DNA of 64,000 bases, taken from the NCBI GenBank assembly GCA_026003195.1, contig BPGU01000005.1, positions 129,851 through 193,850 on the forward strand, written 5' to 3'. Numbering within the stretch: the first letter of the stretch is position 1; each line of letters begins with the position of its first letter. Below the pieces are notes generated by a model. That model worked only from the letters and a program-made list of their open reading frames with translations. It was not told the DNA's origin and did no database searches. Both the position numbers and the translations under genes were made by a program. Origin of the DNA: Armatimonadota bacterium (GTDB lineage Bacteria; Armatimonadota; HRBIN16). Below, one piece after another: positions 40,820-49,777 of the stretch.

Positions 40820-41270
40820 TTAACCTCTGTGTCTACTCACGTCACGCAGCGTGTACATCACCCGGTCCAGCCAGCTCGCATACTCCGTAAGGATATGCTC
40901 CAGTCTCTCCAGCGGCTGTAACCACGCATCCACCTGCTTGCGCTTCATCTCCACGCCCTTGGCGTCGGAATGCTGGAGCGCCACATACTCCGCCATGATG
41001 CGTAACGACTTGACCAGAGCGGTCGGCTCGATGATCTGGAACCGTAACAGGTCGCCATGCTTCATCAACTCGCCGGCGCTCTCCGGATGCAACTCGCTGC
41101 GCTTGACCAGGAACTGGTAGTGCTCCATAAAAGCCCTGCACTCTTTCAGGGCGACCTCTATCTGCTCCAGATGAGGTTGCAGAGCGCCCGCGATGCGGGC
41201 GCTCAACTGCTCGGGAACCTCGATCTCCAGTGCAGACTGAATCTGCTCTACTAACCGATAGACTTGCATG
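40820..41270 (-). CDS. hypothetical protein (~150 aa)
   Basis: ATG at 41270 with AGGAGG upstream. The ORF-track start is 41344. Confidence 0.5.
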
Positions 41271-41285
41271 TGAACCTCCTTCTGG

Positions 41286-44087
41286 CTATTTGACCGGACA
41301 GGCGCCGGTAGAACAGTCCTCCTCATACGATGCGTTCTGTACACGAGTGGCGCTTAGCTCATACTGCTCTCTGCTGATGCGCTCCAGCGGCGACTGCGGA
41401 CGACTGGACTCGGGGAACATGGTCACTCCCTTCAATCTTGGCAAATAGAGCAACAGTAACTCGCGGATCCGGTCTGCACGCTGCTCCTCTGCACTGATGT
41501 TGATGGTGATGCTCACTGCGTTGTCCGCATACTCGCGCTGCACCAGCTCCTGCACGCGCAGGAAGTCCGATACGTCCAGATCAAACTGGCTCTCCAGCAA
41601 CGAGAGCACCTGCTCGTAATCGCCCAGATGACTCACCAGCCTGTCCACAGTGATATCCCGACACACATACGATACTACCGTCGTGTTGGGCTCGTTGATG
41701 GCAGACTCCACATGGTGGTAATCGCCACGCTCCAGCACGCGCTGTAGCTCCGTGTCGGAGTTGCTATACCGTACACGACGGATGTAGAACGGGGAATAGA
41801 GGGGCTGGATGCCCGATGTCACACCGGGGATGTTGTTGATGGTGCCGGTAGGAGCTACCGTGGTGCACTTGATAGGCTCCGCAATCCGCATCTGCCTGGC
41901 ATAACGACGCGCCTCCTCGCGCACCACCTCCCGGAACTTCCTGAGCTGACGCGCTACCCACGGTGAGGAACTGGCTTCTGAATACCGGATACCGTGCTTG
42001 ACCAGCCACTCGTGGAAGCCCAGGAAACCGACACCTATTCTCCTGTTCCGCTGCACGTTCTGCCTGGTCAACTCGTCCGAGAGCTCCGCAAAGGTAGCTC
42101 TCAACAGGAACCGGGACATCAACCGGAAGCATTCTACAGGGTCCTCCGCAAACGCCAGGTTCACATGACCGAGACAACATACGTCAAAACTGCGCATGTC
42201 AGGATAGCGCATCATCGCGATCTCGCCGCAGTTGTGACTGACAAAGCCGTTGGAGACGTAGCAGTGTGCACCTTCTACCGTGCAATCGTATACCTCCATC
42301 TCGCCCAGCGGACTCACCTGTTGCACCTGCTCCAGCCATTCGCCACGATGCTTCTTGCTCGTACGATTCAACCGGCGCAGACGCATCGCCTGACGAGCCT
42401 GCCGCATATACTGCTTGTCTATCCTCAAAGACCACGTGTCCAGCGACGGTCGGTATACCAGCACAGACTTGATGCCCAGCATGTTCAGATGCGCTTTCCA
42501 CCTGTACGGGTCCACTTTGTCCGGTAACCAGATGAACTCCGTGCCATCACTGGATTCCGAACCGAGTAGACTCAACATGTCCTGCAAGCTGTCGAACTCG
42601 TCGTCCGCGACGATCGCGCCCTGTATGACCACGCTGTCGCCAGGCTTCAAATCGGATATGGGAACCCATTGCTTTGTGCCGTCACGCTCCACCAGTAACC
42701 GATGGTCAGCAGTGGCTTCCAGACGCGAACCCTGCACGGTCAGTACCTCATACACGGGCTTCTTGCCGGTGCTGAAGAACCCGGAACTGTGGAAGAACTC
42801 ACCGTTATATACCGCCGTGAACTCGTCCCTCAGCTCCTTCACCGGCACCATGCCACGATCGGTCAAGACGAGCGTGTTCTCCGTCACGCACGGATTGGTG
42901 GAATAGAAGGTGGCGCCCGGCGCCTCGTCCACCTCGCACTGCGAGGCGTTGATGAATCCGGGCTCGCCGTTGGTCAACATGCCTTCTATCACCTCGTCCA
43001 GCACACGGTTCGCCCAGCCGTGTAGCGGATGCTTCCTGTTGCGTACCGCACGGAAGAACTCGTCGTCCACCACAACGGAGATGTTCGTCGTCCAGTGTAA
43101 CCGGAAGTCGCGCTTGCAGTGGATGAACTCAAAGATATCCTTGTCCGTCCACCACTTCATGGACATCCTGGCGGAACGCCTGGTGCCTCCGGCTATAACC
43201 GCCTGCGCGATGTAGTGGTCTATCTCCATATAGTCCAGACTGCTTAGCGGCGTGCCTGTGCGACTGTTCAACAGTCTGTTGATGCGATACAGCATCACCA
43301 TGAGCGCACCAGGTCCGGACGCCTTGCCCCCGAACCCCTTCAACTCCGCACCGTAAGGGCGAACGTTGCCTACATCTACCACAAAGTCCACCTCTCCACG
43401 ACCGGACAGGTGTAACTGCAACAGCTTCTCCAGTGCCTCAGCCCAGCCTTCACGACTGTCGTCCACGCGCAGGTAGTTGCCGTTCTCCGCACCGTCGTAA
43501 TCTACCGGATAGCGCGTGCTCAGCATGTCCCTCAAAGTGCGGAAAGGCTCGTCCGACTCCGCACCTACAGGTCGGTCTATGTCCTGATGGTTCGGGGAAC
43601 ACAGGAAATGAAGGTTCACAACGGTGTCCGGAACCCAGTAACCGTTCACCTGGTTCGGATTGGAATGGATGAACCGGTCGGAATAGTTTGCACCTACTCC
43701 ACCACCTTCCATCAACCGCAGGAAGGTGTAGGTGAAGTGTTTGTGGAACTCGTCGGTGAAATCCGCTACGAAGCAGTTGTTCACGAACTGCCGATACTTG
43801 TGGATGCCGGTAGCCCAGAGATGCCGACCGGCAGGGATGATCTGCATCGTCACCATCAGATGGAACAGCTTCTGGGGCTCCTCCGGCTCTATGAACCTGG
43901 AATCCACCAGACTGCAGTTGCCGTTGACTACTCTGGCACAGATGTCGTACCAGTCCTCTATACCGCCGTCTTGCTTGGCACGTGCATAGGTGCGACGGAT
44001 GACCGTCTCACCAAGGGGACCGAGATTCAATGGGATGCTCTGACGAGCCTGCTGAACCATCTCTGCAGTGATGTACTTCAACGCCAT
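41286..44087 (-). CDS. nrdJ: ribonucleotide reductase catalytic subunit (probably class II, NrdJ-like) containing an intein
   Basis: RNR core motifs reconstituted across the intein (STNPC|GEIAMMRY). C-terminal Cys pair. No NrdB-like gene nearby, which is the only basis for the class II guess. Confidence 0.85.
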   Translation of the reverse strand: MALKYITAEMVQQARQSIPLNLGPLGETVIRRTYARAKQDGGIEDWYDICARVVNGNCSLVDSRFIEPEEPQKLFHLMVTMQIIPAGRHLWATGIHKYRQFVNNCFVADFTDEFHKHFTYTFLRLMEGGGVGANYSDRFIHSNPNQVNGYWVPDTVVNLHFLCSPNHQDIDRPVGAESDEPFRTLRDMLSTRYPVDYDGAENGNYLRVDDSREGWAEALEKLLQLHLSGRGEVDFVVDVGNVRPYGAELKGFGGKASGPGALMVMLYRINRLLNSRTGTPLSSLDYMEIDHYIAQAVIAGGTRRSARMSMKWWTDKDIFEFIHCKRDFRLHWTTNISVVVDDEFFRAVRNRKHPLHGWANRVLDEVIEGMLTNGEPGFINASQCEVDEAPGATFYSTNPCVTENTLVLTDRGMVPVKELRDEFTAVYNGEFFHSSGFFSTGKKPVYEVLTVQGSRLEATADHRLLVERDGTKQWVPISDLKPGDSVVIQGAIVADDEFDSLQDMLSLLGSESSDGTEFIWLPDKVDPYRWKAHLNMLGIKSVLVYRPSLDTWSLRIDKQYMRQARQAMRLRRLNRTSKKHRGEWLEQVQQVSPLGEMEVYDCTVEGAHCYVSNGFVSHNCGEIAMMRYPDMRSFDVCCLGHVNLAFAEDPVECFRLMSRFLLRATFAELSDELTRQNVQRNRRIGVGFLGFHEWLVKHGIRYSEASSSPWVARQLRKFREVVREEARRYARQMRIAEPIKCTTVAPTGTINNIPGVTSGIQPLYSPFYIRRVRYSNSDTELQRVLERGDYHHVESAINEPNTTVVSYVCRDITVDRLVSHLGDYEQVLSLLESQFDLDVSDFLRVQELVQREYADNAVSITINISAEEQRADRIRELLLLYLPRLKGVTMFPESSRPQSPLERISREQYELSATRVQNASYEEDCSTGACPVK
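42231..42890 (-). other. intein (220 aa) inserted at the RNR active-site NPC|GEI motif
   Basis: Begins CVTENTLVLTDRGMVPV and ends HCYVSNGFVSHN followed by +1 Cys. Coordinates derived from codon positions. Confidence 0.85.
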
Positions 44088-44796
44088 ACCTCCGTTCCAT
44101 CATGGATGTAATGTAGTCTGTCAGATTGTCCAGATAGGGGATAAGATCAACGGGGCAGGAATCTCTGAGTCGTCTCAACGATACGAAGGTGTGCTCCAGA
44201 CAGCTGCTGCTCTCGCAATCGTCCATGACAGATAACAACTGCTGCCATAGCGATTTGCCCAGCAAGTCCATGATGTCCAGAACCGTCTCATCGTACTCGT
44301 TATCATTGTAGCCAAACGCGCTTTCCATGATGCTGGAATCCAGAAGCACCGGACTCCTCAACATGTAAGCGTTGTGCAGATGCTCCGGCAGATCTTCCAC
44401 GTCGTACCCGTTGCGCTGATACGCGCGGATGCGCTTGCTGATGTCGCGTGGAACAGGCAACTCATCCAGTACCTTGTTATACACGTAGCGCTTGACGTAG
44501 GAGACAAGATAGACGGCAAAGTCGGAGCCCCTGGTGCAATCGTACCGGTCTAGCGCTTCCAGCGCCGCCAGCCTCGCCCACTGCATCATGTCCTCACGAG
44601 GCACGCCCAGCGAATGGAGCGCCCTGTGCTGCCAGATGACCAGATAGTTCAGCAACTCCTCAACATTGCTCACATAACTCTCTAATAACCGAACCCGATG
44701 GAGCTCGTCATAACACCTGTGGTAACGCTCCGCCAGATCCTGCAAACATGGAGATATCCTGGTACGGAGGGTCTTGAATGCACTGCTCATTCCCAC
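44008..44796 (-). CDS. sigma-70 region-2-like protein (262 aa), possible third phage sigma factor
   Basis: WARLAALEALDRYDCTRGSDFAVYLVSYVKRYVYNKV resembles sigma region 2.1-2.4. Confidence 0.45.
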   Translation of the reverse strand: MGMSSAFKTLRTRISPCLQDLAERYHRCYDELHRVRLLESYVSNVEELLNYLVIWQHRALHSLGVPREDMMQWARLAALEALDRYDCTRGSDFAVYLVSYVKRYVYNKVLDELPVPRDISKRIRAYQRNGYDVEDLPEHLHNAYMLRSPVLLDSSIMESAFGYNDNEYDETVLDIMDLLGKSLWQQLLSVMDDCESSSCLEHTFVSLRRLRDSCPVDLIPYLDNLTDYITSMMERRYGVEVHHCRDGSAGSSEHPIESRSPW

Positions 44797-44922
44797 ACCT
44801 CTGAATGTGGACGGAAGCGAAGCGGCGGGATGGACGTCGCGGTCTTATCATCCCTGAGCTTCTAAACTTCCGTCTGGTTTATCAAATGATAGAGATAGTC
44901 TTGAGGCGTGGGAATGGTACCG

Positions 44923-46365
44923 CTATTGCCGGAACATTCCCGGAAGTTCTGTGCTCACATCCCACCCCACGGCGGCGCACAGGGCGCGTCGCTCCCTGAG
45001 GTAACCATCCAGCGTCGGGAAGCTGCGACTCATCTCCTTCACTATCGCCAGAACGTCCCGGTAACCGTCCACCGTGACGCTCTCCCACGGCGAACGGTCA
45101 CGGAACCTGTTACGCATCACCAGCAGCCGATAAACCAGCTCGTTGAGGGTGCGGGGCGGATACACCTGTACCAGAAGCTGGTTGAGCAGCGAAGCCAGCG
45201 TCCAGCGGTGTGTGTATCTCCGTTCTACTCTACCGCCTTCCCCGTCATCCACCTCGAACTCCCGACCGGTGATGAACATACCGCTGATTAACATGCTCGC
45301 CAGCCTGTCCAGCGCATACAGCACCTGCATCGGGCTCTCTAACCTCAACCGGACCGGATAGCCAGCCTGTTCGAACTGGTCGTAGCTCTGGTATTGCTCA
45401 AAATCTATCTGGACGCCCGTCATCAGGTCCAGAGTGTCCGCACTGGGGACGGGAACCACAAGGTCTATCTCACGACCGTCGCAGGGGATGTCCATCGGAA
45501 CCGTGTCCGACACCTGCACCGCCTGCCCGTTGACGAACAGACGACCATCTTGCACCTCATACTCCAGACAAGGGAACATCTCAGCGGGCTCCAGAGGCAA
45601 CGGACGAGCCAGCTGCACGGCAACCCCATCTCCGCTCTGCTGCCAGTACGGGTGCAGGTAGACCCTTAAACCGTTATCGCCCTGCGGGTGGAACACGGAG
45701 GAATAGCTGAACCAGTTGTGCAGAAACGGATACTCCGGGACAAGATACAACCTGTCCTGCTCGGCGTATGGATTGAGCACATCTGCCCGCGCGGACACGT
45801 ATCCCAGCGACATCACGGCGATATGCTTGCTGGACTGGATGAAATCCATCATGTGCAGGTGCGGGTTGCGACGCTCTATCCGCTCCACCAGCAGCAGGTT
45901 GCGGAAGAGTTTTGCTATCGTCTCGCCGTTGTACCTGTCCAGACTGCCTATTCGGGATTCAATGTATTTCAGCATCCCTGAAACGTCAGAGATGCCCAGT
46001 CGGTTCGCTTCCCATAAGGCGTATTCATCACGTCGGATCTCGTACTCCAGTCTGTCCTCGATTTGTTGACGGAGATGCTCCTTCAACACCTGCGAGGCGT
46101 CGGGGAAGGTTGCCCAAGGCTTTACAGCCTGGAAGAGTTGCTGTTGTTCCAGCAGGAACAGTTTGAGGTGCGCAGGACACACGATATCGGCGTGGACGGG
46201 ATGCTCGTAGAGTGCGCCCATAACATCCTCTGAGAACACCGATACCTTCACGTTCATACCGCGCTGCAGCACCTCTATCAAGTTCTCATAGGGCAGTCCC
46301 TCCTCTACACGCATGACCTTTACACGGCGATTACCGACGGATATAGCACAACGTACGTTCATCAT
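44923..46365 (-). CDS. hypothetical protein (480 aa)
   Basis: Long ORF with SD AGGAGG. Confidence 0.6.
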   Translation of the reverse strand: MMNVRCAISVGNRRVKVMRVEEGLPYENLIEVLQRGMNVKVSVFSEDVMGALYEHPVHADIVCPAHLKLFLLEQQQLFQAVKPWATFPDASQVLKEHLRQQIEDRLEYEIRRDEYALWEANRLGISDVSGMLKYIESRIGSLDRYNGETIAKLFRNLLLVERIERRNPHLHMMDFIQSSKHIAVMSLGYVSARADVLNPYAEQDRLYLVPEYPFLHNWFSYSSVFHPQGDNGLRVYLHPYWQQSGDGVAVQLARPLPLEPAEMFPCLEYEVQDGRLFVNGQAVQVSDTVPMDIPCDGREIDLVVPVPSADTLDLMTGVQIDFEQYQSYDQFEQAGYPVRLRLESPMQVLYALDRLASMLISGMFITGREFEVDDGEGGRVERRYTHRWTLASLLNQLLVQVYPPRTLNELVYRLLVMRNRFRDRSPWESVTVDGYRDVLAIVKEMSRSFPTLDGYLRERRALCAAVGWDVSTELPGMFRQ

Positions 46366-46399
46366 TGCCTCCTGTGTACTCTTTGTTGTGGTGTCGTAG

Positions 46400-48022
46400 A
46401 TGGCTTACATTTACACGGAATCGGATTATCCTCCGCTATATCAATCCATGCGCAGACTGGTGGAGTCGGATGTCAGGCTCAGCGCATGGAACTACCTGTT
46501 CCCGGCATCTCAGGCTGATGTGCTGGCGCATGCCCGTACCAGTCCGCAGATGGTGACGGCTCTTGCCTATGCGCCCAGTCATCCCAATATCCTGAACCAT
46601 CCGTTAACTTATACCACCGTCGTGGAGCGTGGTAGACGCAGGAACGCCTCGTCTCAGACCGCCCGGCTGTTCTCCGATATACTGGACACCCTGTACAGAG
46701 AGATGGGCGAGCGTCCCATATACAGTCTGTACGCCAGCCCCACCATCCCGTCACCGGCGTTTGCGCATCAGGACGACCCTGCGTTCCGACCGGGATTGAG
46801 ACCAGGCTCTGTAGAGAGCATCATCCGGCAGATGACGCCTGGGCATGTGTTCCTTGCCAGAGTGCCGTCTGACGAGTTGACGAATCCTGCACCGGCTGAA
46901 TCTGCAGAGGACCTGTCCAGAGTGCTCGGGGAATACGACGCACGTGAAGGCTTCCGGCGACTGGCGCTCCTGTATGAACGGTCGCCCGGTAAGAGCTCGC
47001 TGCTGTCCACTCTCTCCAGACAAACCGGCGCCGATGCTGATCAGATCGCCAGAGCGCTGGAGGCGAGCTCTGCTATCGGCACTGCACGCGATGCCAGGTC
47101 CATGATCCGCACGGTCGCCCATGAGTTCGCACATGCCAACATCCAGCCGGTGCCGCCCATTGCCACCTCGGCGCTGTTCAGGATGTTACGGGGCAAGACC
47201 AGTCCGACAGATGTTGCGGTTGCGGAGCTGATGCAGTCCCAGTATCTGGACGAAGCGCTATCTGATACATTCGCCGCAGCGGTCTCACTGGATCCTGAAG
47301 GCATCGCTCATTCCCGGTACGCGTTCGCCGCCGCATCACAGATATATGCAGCGGCACGCAGGAACAGGCAGGAGCTGAAGGGCTGGAAGTATGGAGACCC
47401 GTTCAAGCTGGTGGTCATGGATCCCAAACTGGTGGAGGATGTGGATTCCCCGCTTGGTAGACTGCTGAGGGACGAGTTGCGCAGGTATCCGCTGGACAAA
47501 ATCGCGGATGTGGACCAGATAGAGGACGAGAAGGGCGAGTTGAACATCGAGGCGTTGACCGGCGTTATCTCCCGAATCAGCGGTATCAACAGCACCGTCG
47601 CGCAGGAACTGTATCGCAAGCTGAGCGGGGGCACGCTGGACCTCAGTCGCTACGGTGGCGACGAGCGCCAGCTACGTCAGGTGATAGAGACCTGGGGCAG
47701 CAGACTCTGGAGCACCGCCTACATGATAGGCAAAGCCTCGCCGGAGCTGATAGGCAAGGAGATAGAGGTCACTCCGGAAGGCGTGTTCATGGACGGTGAG
47801 AAGCTGGACCTCGCTAAGACAGGTATCCCCGACCTGGACTATCTGTCCTTGACCGGCAGGGGCGAGATGCATCCGGAACAGCTGGAACGCGCCCATAACG
47901 CGCTGGAGATGTATCGTCGTGCCAAACGGGCGCTCCTGAGAGGCAAACGACTCGTTCTGCAGGCTGGTATGGCAGCCACCGAGATCGTGCAGTCGTGGAG
48001 GCGCGAGTTCGGCGCCATCTGA
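46400..48022 (+). CDS. HExxH zinc-metallopeptidase-like protein, tandem paralogue 1 (540 aa)
   Basis: HEFAH + downstream Glu. Shares GWKYGDP, IGKxxPELIGKEIxVTPEG and HPEQLER blocks with the next two genes. Confidence 0.65.
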   Translation: MAYIYTESDYPPLYQSMRRLVESDVRLSAWNYLFPASQADVLAHARTSPQMVTALAYAPSHPNILNHPLTYTTVVERGRRRNASSQTARLFSDILDTLYREMGERPIYSLYASPTIPSPAFAHQDDPAFRPGLRPGSVESIIRQMTPGHVFLARVPSDELTNPAPAESAEDLSRVLGEYDAREGFRRLALLYERSPGKSSLLSTLSRQTGADADQIARALEASSAIGTARDARSMIRTVAHEFAHANIQPVPPIATSALFRMLRGKTSPTDVAVAELMQSQYLDEALSDTFAAAVSLDPEGIAHSRYAFAAASQIYAAARRNRQELKGWKYGDPFKLVVMDPKLVEDVDSPLGRLLRDELRRYPLDKIADVDQIEDEKGELNIEALTGVISRISGINSTVAQELYRKLSGGTLDLSRYGGDERQLRQVIETWGSRLWSTAYMIGKASPELIGKEIEVTPEGVFMDGEKLDLAKTGIPDLDYLSLTGRGEMHPEQLERAHNALEMYRRAKRALLRGKRLVLQAGMAATEIVQSWRREFGAI

Positions 48023-48064
48023 TTGTTGCGCCATCTGATTGTTGCGCCATCTGATTGTCCACCG
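48020..48064 (+). repeat. 16-bp direct repeat x ~2.7 (cgccatctgattgttg) overlapping the stop of paralogue 1
   Basis: Read directly from the sequence. Confidence 0.7.
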
Positions 48065-48253
48065 TGTGTACTGGTAAGCACGGTGGATACGGATGTACAT
48101 ATTCTCCGAACAGGACCTCAACCGATCCTGGCAGGCGTTTAACGAGCTCTTCCAGCAAGACGTTGTACCCCGCATCAAGGCGAGCATCATGGGGCACTAC
48201 ATGCAGCATAAGACGCCCTATGATGCGTTCCGATACTCGCCCGCCGTCTGGTA

Positions 48254-49777
48254 GTGTCTGCCCAGTCCGCCGAGGAGCTCCGCTCCGGCATGCTCATGGG
48301 CGTAGAACGCGCCGTCATGGAAGCGGTAGGGCCTGATAACAAGCGCAGGAACCTCGCCGTATACCTGCGCGGTCAACCTGTCACCGGTCAGGCACAGGAT
48401 ATCGCCAGAGTCGGAGGCGGCGAACTCTACCATTCCATCTACAGCGAGCTTGCCAGAGCCGTAGGTGGCGCACAGTTCAACCTGTATGCCAGCAAGGAAG
48501 GACACTCTGCATGGGGACAGGAAGCCATCACGGACTATCCGGATATCAACCTGTCCGCAAGGATGCTCGCAGGTGACCGCACCGAGCTGATGCGCGAGGT
48601 AGCACGTCAGACCGCGCCGGTATATCAGATAGCGTACAAATACAACGCCCCCAACGGTGGGGATCCCGCTTCCGTACCGAGCAACCTCGTGGCTCCCATA
48701 CATGCCGGAATGGATCCAGATGAAGCCAAACGGTTGGTAAGGGAATCTTACAGATACGCTACCGGTCAGGAAGATGATCTTCCCATCTCGCTGGCAGCCC
48801 ACGAGTTCGCACACACCACGCTTCAGCCCAGCAGGATGGTTCCGCACAGCGTGGTTCAGGAATACGTGCAGGGCAAGAGATCTCTGGCGGATATCCTCAC
48901 ACGCGGCGTGCTGGAATCGCAGTTCCTCAACGAGGCTCGCGCGGACATGTTCTCCATGGCGATCAGTCTCAACCCGCAGGCGATGGTGCGCGGGCGCTAC
49001 GCGATGGGCGCATACGGTAAAGCGCTGTCCAGTCGCAGCGGCGAGATGCAGGGCTGGAAGTTCGGTGACCCCCTCAACGTGCGCGTGATTGATCCCCAGA
49101 TGATTGAATCGGAGACGTCACCGCTGGCGCAACTGGTCAACCGATACGCCACAGCGGTCTCCGAACGGATACTCCACAATACCGCCAGAACGGGTGACCT
49201 GATGGCGGATGCCGCCGCTTCTGCAATGGACCAGCAAACGGTTGAGAAGCTAAGAGCGACAATGGACCCGTTAAACATGGTGAGGAATGCGAAGCTGGAC
49301 ATCTATGCCTCCGCATACTTCTCCAGAACGATAAAGAGACTCAGCAGTGATATCATGCGCCCCATCATTGAGGACTACCGTTCCGGAATGCTCGGTAACC
49401 TGCACCCGGATGTGGAGGAGCTGATCAAGTATCAGGGCACGAGACTTTGGGCTCTCGGATACATGGTGGGCAAGAGCAGACCGGACCTGATCGGCGAGCA
49501 GTTGAGCGTAACCCCAGACTCTGTTCGTGTCGCATCCACAGGCGAGGAGTTGAACATCGCCGAGCTTTTACCTTCACTCAACATCTCATCCATGTACGGT
49601 CCGCAGGTGATGCATCCCGTGCAGATGGAGCGGGGCTTCAAGGCGCTGGAGATATACGACAGGGCGAGAGAGGCTATCAGGCAAGGTGTTCGGTTGAACC
49701 TGTCGCCCGGCACACCAGCCGCCGATGTCGTGTCCGCATGGCGCGACCGGTTCTGGAAGGTGATGAACGATGTCTAA
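48254..49777 (+). CDS. HExxH zinc-metallopeptidase-like protein, tandem paralogue 2 (507 aa)
   Basis: HEFAH. GWKFGDP. VGKSRPDLIGEQLSVTPDS. Confidence 0.65.
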   Translation: MSAQSAEELRSGMLMGVERAVMEAVGPDNKRRNLAVYLRGQPVTGQAQDIARVGGGELYHSIYSELARAVGGAQFNLYASKEGHSAWGQEAITDYPDINLSARMLAGDRTELMREVARQTAPVYQIAYKYNAPNGGDPASVPSNLVAPIHAGMDPDEAKRLVRESYRYATGQEDDLPISLAAHEFAHTTLQPSRMVPHSVVQEYVQGKRSLADILTRGVLESQFLNEARADMFSMAISLNPQAMVRGRYAMGAYGKALSSRSGEMQGWKFGDPLNVRVIDPQMIESETSPLAQLVNRYATAVSERILHNTARTGDLMADAAASAMDQQTVEKLRATMDPLNMVRNAKLDIYASAYFSRTIKRLSSDIMRPIIEDYRSGMLGNLHPDVEELIKYQGTRLWALGYMVGKSRPDLIGEQLSVTPDSVRVASTGEELNIAELLPSLNISSMYGPQVMHPVQMERGFKALEIYDRAREAIRQGVRLNLSPGTPAADVVSAWRDRFWKVMNDV

